This document shows, in pieces, positions 27,863-43,353 of a DNA stretch of 64,000 nucleotides. The position numbers were made by a program, and so were the translations under genes. Position 1 is the first letter of the stretch; every line of letters begins with the position of its first letter. Location: positions 21,080,001-21,144,000 of the forward strand of contig OX597819.1 in assembly GCA_951406725.2 (NCBI GenBank). Reading direction: 5' to 3'. Below the pieces are notes generated by a model. That model made no database searches and was not told the DNA's origin. It saw only the letters and a list, made by a program, of their open reading frames with translations. Source of the DNA: Octopus vulgaris (Eukaryota).

Positions 27863-28949
27863 ACGTATATACATGTGTGTGCGAGCAAATGTGTGAGCGT
27901 ACATATGTACGAGTGCATATGTTAATATATGTACGATTGCTTGTTTATAAATACATAGGTATTTATTAATTTATATATGTATATGATGGTATATATGCAT
28001 ATATATATATGTATGATGGTATATATGTATGTATATATATATGTATGAATATAGGTATGTATATATCTATACTTGTATATGCTTAAAGTTGAACAAAAGA
28101 GAAAAGTGCTCATTACTACGATCGAATGAATATTGCAGCGCTATAAAATGGCAATGGTTTATGGGAACTGTCGCACTTTTGATTCTTTGTGAATTTAAAA
28201 CTAAGAGAACCTTGTCTTCTAAACGTTCATGTTCGATATACAAAGTAACAATTCGCGATGATGGTCTGATGAACATTGAGGATTTAACTTCTCTCTTTTC
28301 CCCGTGAATTAAAATTCAGCCAAGTGTCGGAATTCCCACTGATTTCCGATACGTATTTATGGTATGCATACATACGTATAAAGTGGCCTATATATTTTAG
28401 TCTAGAAAATCTACATTGCTCTTATTTGCCAGAGGGATTGTTTTAATGATGGCAATTAATTTCTTCTCATAACGTTCGTCACCGCATTTTTGAAGTTTTC
28501 TCCATTATACAAACGAATGAAGCAGGTGGAAAATGAACAAAATCCAGCGTCGCATATTTTGCTGAAACATAACATGAAGGAAACTGCTATTAATTTTGTA
28601 TCGCCCTACCTTTAACCTTATTCCCCAACTCTTTTAACGATACACTAACTCACACTTTTCATACGATGGCCTTCGAATCAGATTGTGGCGTGTAATGTCT
28701 TGTTGTAATACGTTTTGTATTAACGTAACAAAGCGGATTATCGACCCCACATTCATCACCTCTTCTATGTTCTACAGAGTGATTGCAATAGGATAACATA
28801 ATGCACATTTATTGTATTAGAATGTAATGGTGGTTGTTCATCGTAGAGACGACTCTACCTTTGATCATGCCAAATCAGTTTCAGTCATAGAACATAAGGC
28901 CTGCTCATTTCCATTCCAGGAGCAGTACAGTTCCTCTCTATGTTCACTC

Positions 28950-29135
28950 TATTGGTCGGATCACAATATTGTGGTTTCTATTCTCGAAGCAGTTGGTGTT
29001 CTCCTCTTGAGCAAAACACTTCATTTTATGTTGCCCTGCTAATCTCAGTTGTAAATGAATGACTCTGCAAGGGAATGGCGACCCGTCCAAGGGACAGGTT
29101 GTAATATTCTTTAAACACCATGGAAATCCGGCAAC
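28950..29135 (+). mobile_element. Degenerate SINE (CORE-like plus V-domain-like)
   Basis: CTTGAGCAAAACACTT..CAGTTGTAAATGAAT..TGGCGACCCGTCCAAGGG. Confidence 0.5.
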
Positions 29136-30174
29136 CATCACAATAAATTTTAGGTATTGATTTTGAAAAAAGAATGTCCAGGGTATGATAATGATGATGA
29201 TGCTGATGATGATGGAGATGACGACCAAGACGAGGACAACGACGATGATGATGATGATGGAAGTTAATTTGAAGGTCAATTTCTATCACATTCCAAGAAT
29301 GTAATGAGTGTGTTTTGAACTCAGAATGTAGAACCGATAAACGAGATTACACCAACAACCACACTACTATCTCTAGCACAAGATTATACATTAAAATGTT
29401 TCAGTACATTGAAGTGAAAATAAGTTAAATGTTGCAATATTTTATGCTTCACAGCATGTATACGAAACGTATAGATAACAGTGTAAACTAGAAGCAAACA
29501 TTAATGAAATAATTATAAAAACAAATCAAACTGAAATTAAGAGAAACTATAAAATAATGAAATCCTAAAAAACAGAGGAAATAATTATCTTTTTTTGATA
29601 ATTATTCTAATTTCTAACGTTAATTGTTCTTAATTAGGTTAATGAGGGTTAAATCATTATTTAAATGTAAATTATAACATTGTAACGAAAGAGAAGTCTG
29701 TGATTTTGAACTATTCCGATGATCTCCAGTATGTATGACCCTAAACCATTCTTTTTTTTTTTTCATTCATTTTTAATTACGCCTAAACTTGGCCATCTTG
29801 TCATCCACCCTCAACAGAGCAGCTTCAATTGTGACTGAAGAATAGTACCTTCTAGACTATTCTATTGTCTCCATTAGGTGATTCGGTAGAAAGCTACCCC
29901 ATGACCACCTTATCGTATACACTTACGCATAAAGATTAAGCACATGGAATTCTATATAAATAAAATGGAAAGGTTCAAATCACTTCTTCTGTGCGCTCAA
30001 TACATAGTGCTTAAAATCGTGAGTAGCTGCGACATCATTTAGTAATACGAACTGTTACTGCGGAAGCGCAAATGTTGTTGATGCTGTTGTCGTCAAATTA
30101 AAACAAATCGAATAGGTTCAGTATTACAATAATGCCATCACGTTCATTAAATCTTTTTAAGCCGTAATAAAAAA

Positions 30175-30572
30175 TAATCTTTTCTACTTTAGGAACGATT
30201 CCAAACTTTTGGAGGAGGGGGCAGTCGATTAGATCAACCCCCGTACAAATCTGGTACTTAATTTATTGACACCGAAAGGATAACAGCAAAGTCGACCTCG
30301 GCTGAATTTGAACTCAGAACGTAAAGGTAGACTAAATACGTATTTCTTTACTACCCACAAGGCTTTAAACACAGAGGGGACAAACAAGGACAGACACAGG
30401 GATTAAGTCGATTACATCGACCCCGGTGCGTAACTGGTACTTAATTTATTGACCCCGAAAGGGTGAAAAACAAAGTCGACCACGGCGGAATTTGAACTCA
30501 GAACGTAGCGGCAGACGAAATACCGTTAAGCATTTCGCCCGGCGTGCTAACGTTTCTGCCAGTTCACCGCCT
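30175..30572 (-). mobile_element. SINE family C: full copy (30341-30572) fused to a headless copy with a different tail (30175-30339)
   Basis: CTGGTACTTAATTTATTGAC..AAAGTCGACC..GAATTTGAACTCAGAACGTA occurs twice. Confidence 0.85.
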
Positions 30573-30599
30573 TGACTTAAAAAAGTAATAATGAACTTA

Positions 30600-31320
30600 T
30601 TGTATACAGTGCTCCGGTGCAATATACCTCATCCGAACTAAAACTGAATGAACAGTACATAAAATATGCAAAGAAATGCATAGTTGAAAAGCCTCTAAAA
30701 AAGGAAGAAGTGGGTGTACAGGGCGTCAGGTGTACTGTTGTCGAATTCCCAGAATCATGGACGTTTTAAACGATGTATTGTCTCTACATCTAACAACTAA
30801 TGGAGGTAATTTATTCCATGCTTCAGCAATTCTGTGTGTTGCTTTTTATAATTTTTATTTTGTAAGCACGTCCCCGAGTATTTGACACATGGATTTCAAA
30901 AAGATGCGCAAGCTTATTGTTCAAAAAATGGTGGATAATCTTGAGGGTGTCTACAAAGTCACTTGCCAGATGTCGGAGCTTTAATGTGTCCAAGCTTAGA
31001 GAAGCAAAATGTTCAGTGTATGGTAGATATCTGGCGGGGCGTGTATATGTTTAGATGCATGAACAGATCCAAGGAGACTGATATGCCGAGCAAGGTGGCG
31101 GTTACAGACGGATGATGCTAATTCTAACTGTGGGCGTGATAGAGTCATGTTCTGTTTTAAATAGATATTTGGAGAGCGGCTGACAACGGTCTTACTGGGC
31201 GTTGTTAAGGCACCGTCGACCTTTTTGACTATCTTAAAGATGTGGTTTGTCTAACGGAGATCGTTGTTGGCAATAATACTCAGGTTACGTTCGCTAATAG
31301 TTTCACCCGGTGCTCTGCAA
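30600..31320 (-). mobile_element. CR1/L2-group LINE 3' relic
   Basis: Minus-strand LKLRHLASDFVDTLKII and THRIAEAWNKLPPLVVRCRDNTSFKT. Confidence 0.65.
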
Positions 31321-31382
31321 CAACAGAAAATTAGACCAAAAAAATATATATATTTCTTTTTTGGCTTTGCAATGTTGTAAAG

Positions 31383-31653
31383 CAGTGGTTTTCAACCAAT
31401 TTTCTCCCATGCTTCCCTTCTATTCATATTTTACTCTGGCGGACCCCATTACCATTTTTAAAGAATCCTATTGTACATTTATAATCAAATAGCTTTAAGA
31501 TTTATATAGAAAAAGAACCTTTATTTTGTGTATTTTACAAGTATATCAAGTATAAGCGATTCATTGCCCAGAGATTTTAACGACAAAAATATTTTAACCA
31601 GAAAACCTTATATAGACCTCCAAGTGTCATGTGGCCCCAGTTAAGAACCGCTG
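31383..31653. mobile_element. hAT (Charlie-like) MITE
   Basis: Terminal inverted repeats CAGTGGTTTTCAAC ... GTTAAGAACCGCTG. The 8-bp target duplication has decayed (4/8 match). Confidence 0.7.
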
Positions 31654-34579
31654 CTCGAAACTAATACTAAACTGTTTGTTTCTTATAATCTATAGCTTCA
31701 CCAACCGAGTTCTCCTCATACAGGGCTCCAAAACCTGATGCACAGAGAGAATAATAATTTGACTGAGAAAGAAAAATAAACCTGGGTTAACCAGTTCTGG
31801 AGCCCGTTTCGTAGCATTTCAAGAGAATCAGTGCCGAGCCTGCAGGTGAACAGCAAACATCGGTTACAGCAACAACACAACAACAATAATGAGAATGACA
31901 ACAACAAGCAATACAAGTAATAAATGGTCACATGATTTATGTATTGTTCTATGTTGTTGCATACGCTAAGAGAGTGAGAGGGTGAGAGAGTGAGAGAAAG
32001 AGAGAGACAGGCAGACATACACACACATATGAAACACGCACACTCACACACACAAAGTCTGCTGCTTTATTAATCTAGTGAAGATATGGACAACGGAAAT
32101 TGTTAAAAGCCATCTCTGTATTGGCTACGGCAATGACAACAGCAGGAGTTGACTATGTGTGCAGAGACCAGATGTGTTGTAATCATATACAAAACTATTC
32201 AAATCTAGCACAAAAGATTAATATAGATGGCGGTAAGCGCACATTACTTGCTAAATTAGCTATAAAATCGAATGTGATGTAATTACTCATAGTCCTCGTT
32301 TCAATTGGCGTTTCTTCAGCCAACAAACTATACTGAAACATCACTTTAATAATGCATCACCTGATGTACCCTTATGCCGAAAGTTATGAGATTCTAAAGA
32401 TCCGTCTTTTATTTGTATCACATTTTCTGATTGGCATCCAATATTGGTGATATCAAATATACCGTACTTAGAATTTTCTTCTTTCCTAAAGGATCAATAA
32501 ACACTGAGATGACGATATCCTAGAAGATTTCTGTTCAATTTTCAACATTTTGCTTCAATGACCAATAATTCAAGATTGAGAATTCCCAAATGAATAGTTT
32601 ACCTATTAGAATCTTATGTTAATTAATTTCTTGTGAGAGGATGCTCTGCGCATATGAAGTGATGCATGTGACCAATTGAACGAGAATTCAAAACTAACAG
32701 CGTAGAAAGCAGAGATTAGGGCAAAATTCCCAATGGAGATTGAAACTATTCACTGATGAGAAATCTGCATTGAACATTCCAATAAATATCTCTTACAATT
32801 CTTATATATATATATGAATATATGTATAACCATCATCTTGGTTTTAATATATATTGAGCGAACATTAATTTAGGTCATTTCAATAACCTAGTTTTCATAT
32901 ATTTAATGATTTTTCTTTGGCGTTTTATCGTATTTTACATTTCGCATTTGTTACAATGCATGTTATCGATATATCTACCATTAAATTAAACTGTAAAACG
33001 ATTTCTTTTCCCTAGTTTCCAAATATTTTCCGAGTCCCATGTGTATACTATCAAGAATCGAACAATGTCTGTGAATTAGATTTTATCTAATCATTTTAAT
33101 TCTTTCAATTTACCTGAAGACGTAAATCTATCATAAAACTGTTATTCATTATTCCAATTCATATAAATAGCTGTTGGCGAAGAATATATTTTCGACCTAA
33201 CTTTGGCCGAAGACTCACGATATTCTCTTTTGCAATACGTTTTTATACTTCTTTAATTCTGACATGCCTTCAATATCATAGATTTAAATAGTTTTCTGAT
33301 ACAATGATCTTTTTGTGATATATAACATTACCTGCTAAATAACTTACAGTAATAATCACGGAATATTCTGATTCAGGGGCGAAGAATTCCGTTATAAAAT
33401 TTCTAAGAGAAAGCAAAACTGTGTATGATGAGTTAGAATCTCCCTCAAACCTCAACATTCCTAACTTCAATTAGCACACGACCTTATCTTATTGCCAGGA
33501 AGAGAGTTTGGGCCCTTTTTCCTGACCCAGCTTACCACATGATTCCTTTGACACTGTATACGGTGCTCTGCTCATCTCCCGCCACTCGTTTTCTAGTATC
33601 TGAAATCATTGTCAAATATACGAAGATTAATGAAAAACAGATTTCCAATATCCAAATATACTGAAAGGTTGACTGTGATCTGTGACTGATTATTGGCAGT
33701 TTGATCTTTGGATTATTTCCAGCGCATTAATATCCAATACTTCCTAATTAAAACATACAAATTGTTATTTACTGCATTGGTAGTGCTGTAGTATTCAAGA
33801 CTGAGAAATCCCACCGGAATGTTCATATGATTGTGTAATATTTCGAATGAGTTTCAGCAATGTCCTCTAAACTAATGACAGGAAGTAATATTTGTGTAGG
33901 CGTTAGCCATCAGCCAGCAACACAACACTTCACTGGATGACATGTTAGTCACATTTTCCATTTTACATATTTCCATTTGATCCAAGCATGCTTACTTCAC
34001 TCAGACATTTACAATCGCTTTCCTCTAATTCAATTACATAATAAAAGATTTCAAGAACAACATTAGAGTAGAGCAGACAATATATTTTGAAATAGCTATA
34101 AAGAAGAGTTCTTCCTTAATACATAGGAACATGTTTCCTGGTTTAAAATCGTGAATGAAATTCTATGAACAACCTACTTGGCACAGAATTTGTTACCAAT
34201 ATTCCACCAGCAGTGTGCAGAATGTACTGGGAGGAAGTTCACAAATTACCCACGGAAAGACAGCTTGCCATATGCACCCGACAAGAATCAAGTTCACATC
34301 ACATAAGCATAATGTAGCATATTTTAAAAATGCAACTGATATTGTTATATTCAAAATTATGCTGGTAAAATAACTTAGATAATGCCCCATTACATTCCAA
34401 AAGCATTTGGACACATTATACCCAAAATCTACCAGACAAACCAAAAGCAACTTCATTTAATTCTGGAAATGTTACCTTTTTACACCAGTGGTTTATGATA
34501 ATGATAACAGTAATAAGAATAATAATACTAAAAATAGAAATAATAATTGGCTGCAGAAAAGAGACTTAAGTGCCCAGTG

Positions 34580-35280
34580 ACGCATTAGTATGCAGCGCTC
34601 AAGAACAAGCTCTCAAAACAAACTACACCAAATATCATATTGATAAAAGCACTGACTCGCCACAGTGTAGGATGTGCTCTGAGAAGGGAGACACTATAAG
34701 CCATATTAAAGAACGATGTACGCTCGCACAACGCGAATAAAAACGGAAACACAACGATGTTGCCAGATTGTCCACTGGCTATTGTGCGGTGACGCAAACC
34801 TCGAGAAAGCCGAACACAGGTTTGAACAGAAGGCAGAGGGAGTAATGGAAAACGAACATTACAAAATACTCTGGGATTTTAACATACAGTGCGACCAAAT
34901 CATACAGGCGAGACGGCCAGATATCGTGATCATCCATAAAGGTGAAAAAGAAGCAAACATAAAGGAAGCGAAGGTGAAGTTGTATTGGGGAAGAGGCCGG
35001 CCAAACAATAATAATGTAGAAAACCCTGAAATAAGAGAGGATGAGACTGAAGAACAGAGAAACCCCAGCATAAGACACTAGGATATCATAATTCCAAGAA
35101 AAGAGACCAAGAAATTCAAGAAACTTCGACCATAACAATGTGAAACAGTTGAAGAGATTCTGAAGTATATTTTGAAAAAAAGATCTCACAGAAAAAAAGT
35201 GACTTTATCAGATCTGCTTTTATAAGGTGAAGTATTTGGAAAGAAAGGGAAGAAAGTGAACGGACAGAAAGAGCCATGGG
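34580..35280 (+). mobile_element. R4/Dong-clade LINE relic
   Basis: SAQEQALKTNY..CRMCSEKGDTISHI..HWLLC..KILWDFNIQCDQIIQARRPDIVII. Confidence 0.85.
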
Positions 35281-35304
35281 TGATTAGATCAACATGATGA
35301 AACA

Positions 35305-35540
35305 ACACTTATTCAGGGACGCTTTGAGCAGAATAGGCTACTCGACCTGAAGTAAATGCTAACTGGGCCCCACCTGCAAGGTCATGCGCAGTTTATTTTG
35401 GTACGAGATCACCATGTCGCCCACATATATTTGAGATGCATTTGCCTGATGTACCCTTATCAGACGATTTGTTACAATGGCTAAACTGGGCTTCGTATAT
35501 TTTGCCCCAGTGTCAATTTGATCGCATGCTCTACTCTCTC

Positions 35541-35583
<43 letters not shown>

Positions 35584-36152
35584 TGCCCTGATGCAGTACC
35601 AGGCTGTGGCTCTCGTGGCTTCTGATCTTAACTGATCTTAACTAATAACAAGTGTTATCATGTACATTGATTTGTCTTGGTATAAAAGATGGGCTACAGC
35701 AAATATTCTGCTCAATACCACAGATTTGCTTGTCAATTGTTTGACCTTAACCAGTTGAGCATGTCCCTTAGTGGCTGACGATATGTGCACCTCTGACCAC
35801 GAGCAGATGTAGTGGGGGAGCATCATAGCCATGTGTTGAGAGGGATTATTTTGGGCTTGAAAAATTCACATCTGGAAACATGGGTGTTTTATTCAACATC
35901 TTTAAACAGCCCTTATTCAGGGACCTTTTGAGCGGGATGGGTTACTCTACAGAAGAAAATTCTAACTGGGCCTCACCATCAAGGTCATATGCTGCTTATT
36001 TTGATATGAGATCACCAGGTCGGGCACATATGGTTGTGATGCATTGCCTAGTGTACCCTTATCAGACGAGTAATCATGATGGGTATACTGGGTTTCGTAT
36101 ATTTTGCCCCAGTGTCACTTTGATGGCATGCACTGCTCTCTCACTCACTCAC

Positions 36153-36206
<54 letters not shown>

Positions 36207-36732
36207 CAATGATAATAATAATAATTATAAAGGAATGGGCTACATCAAATATTCCATATCAAAGATTTAGAGAGGTAGGCTACAGAAAATATTCTTCTGA
36301 ATACGACACGGATGCTTGTCTGTTGACTGACCTTAACCGGTTTAGCATGTACCTTAGTTGCTGACGATATGTGCATCTCTGATCACGAGCAGAAGTAGTG
36401 GGGGAGCATCATAGCGATGTGTTGAGAGGGATTCTTTGGGGTTTGAATGATTCACCTCTGGAAACATGGGTGCTTCGTTCATCATCCTTAAACAACCCTT
36501 ATTCATGTACCCATTGAACGGGATGGGCTACTCAACCTGAACAAATTTCCAACTGGGCCTCACCCCCAAGTTCTGTGGGTTTATTTTGATAATAATCTCC
36601 ATGTCCCGCATATCTGTTGGTGATGCATGTGCCTGGTGTACAATTATCAGGCGGGTAGTCATGATGGGTATATTGGGCTTCGTATATTTATACCCCAGTG
36701 TCATTTTGATGGTAGGCACTGCTCTCTCACTC

Positions 36733-36762
<30 letters not shown>
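35305..36762 (+). mobile_element. Three head-to-tail copies of an element of up to about 570 bp, each ending in (AAT)n
   Basis: Copies at 35305-35541, 35582-36153 and 36235-36733 share CTAACTGGGCC..GTACCCTTATCAGACG..CCCCAGTGTCA..CTCTCTCA then (AAT)n. Confidence 0.9.
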
Positions 36763-36763
<1 letters not shown>

Positions 36764-37776
36764 TGTATGCCCTTCATTCAAAGATACAACATTCAAAATT
36801 CAGTCGAATGACTGTCTAGAGATAACTGCCGAAACTCCCTGAAACTTATAGTTCCCAGCAAAAAGAGAAGATGGCAAATAATGTGTTCCATGAAATGCAA
36901 TGTATGTTGAAAAGATTAACGCAACTGGAACTATTGTTCGAAAAGGTATTTCACCACAGTTCACCCAACATTAGCAAAAATATTATGTATGGTTGCGGCG
37001 CCTATTAGAAACAGCAAACATGTCCTCCAAATATGAAGCTTCTGTTTACACTATATCACCTAAAAATGGAAAGTTACATAGGCAAATGCAGTTCTAAAAT
37101 GCTGCGCCTGAAAATAGGGTTGGTTTGACTACAGTTGGAATGAGGTGTATACATAGGACTGGTGAATGAGGATTCGCCGGGCGCTAAGCAACGACAACCA
37201 AAATATTTTATATAATATCTGGATCCCAAAATTTTAGAAAAAGAAGAGAAGCTGTGTTAGCAGTTTGTATTTCTCCATTCAAGCTAAATCAGATTTAACA
37301 AATAGAGTCCTAAAGACCGAAATAGAATTTAACGATCCAAAATTACTTCAGCATAGCTATCAAACCACGAACACGTAATGGGCTGCAAAGCTCTAAAAAT
37401 ACCATGGCTACGCTTTATATCATTAAAATTATCCAATACCACCGCTGATATAAATTAGTATAGAATGCTGATGGGAAAGAATTGCATTGTGGGATATATT
37501 TCGAAACGAACGGTAATTTGTGACCGATAACAACTTATCAAGATGGCGGTCAGGTTGTCTGAAATTCAATTTCGCCAATTACCATTCTGCAGATACGAGA
37601 CGAATATACAGAGATTAACATAAATGTTTACGTACGTATGTTTGTATGTAGATACTCATGGTTACATGTATGTACGTACGTATCTAGGATTGTGTGCGTA
37701 ATATAATCATATACATAGGTAAACTTATACATACGCACGCATGCACATAAATACGTTAAAGAATATACACTCACAC

Positions 37777-38710
<934 letters not shown>

Positions 38711-39104
38711 TAGGTATTTATAAATTCATACAGTAATTCATATACATAAGCCAAAGTACGCACCTATACACACGCTACCAAAGAGCTGATAAGTTTTATG
38801 ATGGGATGTTTAAATTAGGTTGCTGCGGCTATATAACACACGTGAATATGATAAAGTCAATACTGACTTGAAGAACATAATTTTCCTCTACCAAGATAAT
38901 AACGATATAAATCTTTCTAAAGCACTCCCCCACCGCATACATAATGGAATAATAAATAGACGATAGTAAAAATAATAACACGTATACGTATGTATGAGCC
39001 TGTGTGTATTCATATCAGTAATTATAAGCACATATATATATATGTGTGTGTGTATGTGTGTGGTAAATAAAATAAGAGAAAACGCCTTATATATATTTTG
39101 GTGA

Positions 39105-39278
39105 AGAGTCAAGTCATTTACTTGGACTCCAGTCGTCAACTGGTATTTATTTTACTGACTCCGGAACAATGACAGGCAACGTGAACCACGTCGAAATTTG
39201 AAACTAGAACGTAAAGACGGAGGAAATACCGGTAAAAATTTTGCAGTTCGTGCTAATGATTCAGCCTGCACACCGCCT
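39105..39278 (-). mobile_element. SINE family C, degenerate
   Basis: CTGGTATTTATTTT..AATTTGAAACTAGAACGTAAAGACGG..CCGCC. Confidence 0.65.
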
Positions 39279-39294
39279 TTAATATATGCGTGTG

Positions 39295-39995
<701 letters not shown>

Positions 39996-40044
39996 AATTT
40001 ATATTTAAATATAATATGTGTCTATTATTCGGTAGCCATGTTAA

Positions 40045-40094
40045 GACTCCGAGTTTCGGATGTCGGTGCGGAATCTACGGTGGCATCTCTTCAG
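40045..40094 (-). ncRNA. Hammerhead ribozyme-like motif within an inverted pair
   Basis: Reverse complement CTGAAGA-GATG..CATC-C-GAAA-CTCGGAG-TC. A decayed inverted copy is at 40128-40178. Confidence 0.6.
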
Positions 40095-40351
40095 ATTTTC
40101 ATAACATTTTTTGTGATGGTTACATACCTCAAGAGATACCTGCGTGGGTTTCCACCCCGACATCCTAAACTCGGATTTTTATCATGGCCACTGAATAATT
40201 GTCACATATTATATATATATATACATATACAACCACACACTCGCATGCGTCGCGTTGAATTAAATAATAAATAATAAAAATATATATTGGTGAAATTTAT
40301 AGAAATACAAAAGCCGAAGACAGGCGTATGGACAAGCAAGTGTATTAGTTT

Positions 40352-40406
40352 GACGCTCGAGAAAATGAAAATGTCTGATACGTTTCGAGCCTACGCTCCT
40401 CAACAG
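40352..40406 (-). ncRNA. Hammerhead-like motif, same family as 12795
   Basis: Reverse complement CTGTTGA-G-GAGC-GTAG-GCTC-GAAA-CGT...GAGCGTC. Confidence 0.55.
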
Positions 40407-41529
40407 AAAAGAATAAGGGAAAATAGAGAAAATGAAAAGTATTTTTATGTGTATGTGTATTGTCTTTCGTCCAGGTTGATATTTCTCTTTAAGTAACTTC
40501 TGGAAACAGTCGTTCACGTAATCAGCTTTCCTTGCATTATCTACCAGGGAATATAGCACATGCGCTCAATCGTTGTGACTTCCCTAATCTGATAAAAGAA
40601 CAGGGCTCTCTATGGAAAGGTTGTGAAACATTCCCTAGTAGAATTGTTCTCAAAATTACCTTTGTTAGGTCATTTCCTGAAATTCTTTCAACTTGTGTAC
40701 ACATACATATCTGGAGAATAAAACATGCAATTCAAAATTGGTGATATTTTCAATAAACTGCGCCACAAATCATGGCTAGATACCCTGTTATATCCTATCT
40801 ACGTTACATTTAAACAGGGAGCATTAAGGTAAAGACGAAAGGATATCAGAAATGTTTACGCCATGAAAGTCTTCGTGTCTATGTTTTGATTTTTTCGTGT
40901 TCACACCAAAATAGAATTGATAATATATATATTTCTCTTACAGAGATCCCAATTTTTAAAAGATAGACAAATGTTAATGATAGACAGATACCTCTACAGA
41001 TCGTATCAAATTAATGAGTAACGTGTTTTGGGAAGTATTTCTGACATTTCATTTGAAACATGTAAATGTCGCTGGTTAACAAATAACTTGAGCATTCAAC
41101 CATAGCAATTCTCTAGATATACCTGTTTACTGCAGGTAATTTTGCGAAGTATTAGGGGAAATGGTATCGGATGAGGTTGTCAATCCAATATCAAACGTTT
41201 ACTGTGTTTGTATCCCGTTTTGGCACACGTCCAGCTGTTTTGAGGGAAGGAGGAAGATATTACATGAATACTAGTTAATACTCAACTAGTATTCATCTTA
41301 TCAACTTCGAAAAATGAAAGGTAAATTCGACCTCAACGGAATTTCAACTCATATCGCCACCTGAAACATTTTCTATATTAAGCTTCAATAAATTTATCCA
41401 TTTGACTACATTCCAATGCATGCAAAAAAAAAAAAAAAATTTCAAACAATGTAACAGATTCTGTTTCAACTTATTTAATGAAGACCGGAAACAATTCTAT
41501 CCACAACAATCCAACGATATCATCAAAGA

Positions 41530-42590
41530 AGTCTTAAATGGTTTTCAACGAGACATTAACAAGCGTGGTCATATATTCCAATATACAACTCCACACAGTT
41601 GGAACTGCACTAACACTCTTACGCTTTTCTGCTGTTTGTCTCAAATATGTTTCTAACTATAGTCAACAGGTTGCAGCAGCTTTTGATATCAAATTTACCG
41701 CAGTCGGTCAATATTCTGCTGGAATTTTAGAACTACAGAAAGACCTGAGTGAAATATACATGTAGGCTGATGAAAATAACCTTCACTTCAAGGCCGAGAA
41801 ATTTCAAGCACTATATTACCCACCCAAAAACAGATCACAATCAGAATACATATGACCAGGTGTTATTGCAAAATTGGAGCCAGAATTGGTGCGTGACCTG
41901 GGAATCTGCAAGACTTATAATGCAACAGAATATGTGCATATTACCAAGATGGCAACATGCGCAGACAGGTGGCTAGTTGTGTTCTGAGATCGGTCAGAAC
42001 CAGGAATAGGAATACCATACTAGTTCTTCGAATAACATTCGTTCACTCTTGCTTGGATACCTGCATCGGAAGAGTCCAACAAACTACGCAATAAGAGGCA
42101 ACCCGACGCCACAACACAAAGAAGACTGACTCTGTGCAACTGATGAGCTATTGGAAGAGGCTAAAGGAACTGACAACTTAAACCCTAGAAAAAGATATAC
42201 AAGATCATGGAAGATCATGGAAAGTCTAACTCCCAACTTTGAGATTGAAGGTTTTATCAAACACTAAACTGGACATAACTGCATAGCAGCAAATATATCA
42301 TTTTTCATTATCTAGAATAAAGACCATGTACTGTAACAGGTTAGGTTCTAAATGCCCACAATTTGTCAACATTCTTGCAAACATCGGAGATCTGCGAGGT
42401 GAAGTCGTAGCGGTTTTCAGATACATTTGCACATATTCTTATCTGAGACACCAGATGAATCGATTTCGCAGCAGAGGACACAAAGTAGAGAAGCTCAGGC
42501 CAACTCCAAATACGAGACAGAAAACCAATTACACTAAAGGCGGTGACCCAGCATGGCCTCAGCCTCTTGCTTAAACTAGTAAAAGATAAA
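41530..42590 (+). mobile_element. CR1-like LINE relic (RT to 3' tail)
   Basis: ELQKDLSEIYM*ADENNLHFKAEKFQAL, SYWKRLKEL, LGSKCPQFVNIL, then the 3' tail. Confidence 0.75.
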
Positions 42591-42647
42591 CAATAATATA
42601 TATATATATATATGCATATTTTTATATATACATGCATATACATATAT

Positions 42648-42692
<45 letters not shown>

Positions 42693-43314
42693 TATGGATA
42701 TGTATGTATATATAAAAATATGTATGTATGTTTGTGTAAGTATGTTTGTGTCTGTATAAATATATGCGGGCGTACGAGTACTTTTATCGGCGCAGCTATC
42801 TATAAAGCATATATAATTTAATAATTTTATAAAGTAAATGCGTAACTATTGTACGTATTTGAAAAGCTTAACGTGTGAGGAGGGAACGAAAGCAAATCAG
42901 ATATTGGTGGATTATATATATATATATATATATATATAGATAGATATAGATATAGATTTGCATGTGTGTATGAATGTGTGTGAGTAAAAGTGAGAGGGAA
43001 ATTGGATGCGTGTGTGTGTGTGTGTTACTGTATTAATGTGCGTGTGTGCGTATTTTGGCGACCTAACACGTGTGCTTCTGTTTATGAGTATATTTACATA
43101 TTAATACTAAAATATACATTGATTGAATATAAGGTGAGTGATGTATAAATAATAGGTTAAAAATTACGCGCTTATGTACACACATTGTTTCCCTGATTGT
43201 ATATATATATATATATATATATATGCAGATACACATATGCATATATATACATACATACATTCATATAAATATACATATTTGCATTTTTATGTGCACACTG
43301 TATCTACACACACT

Positions 43315-43353
<39 letters not shown>

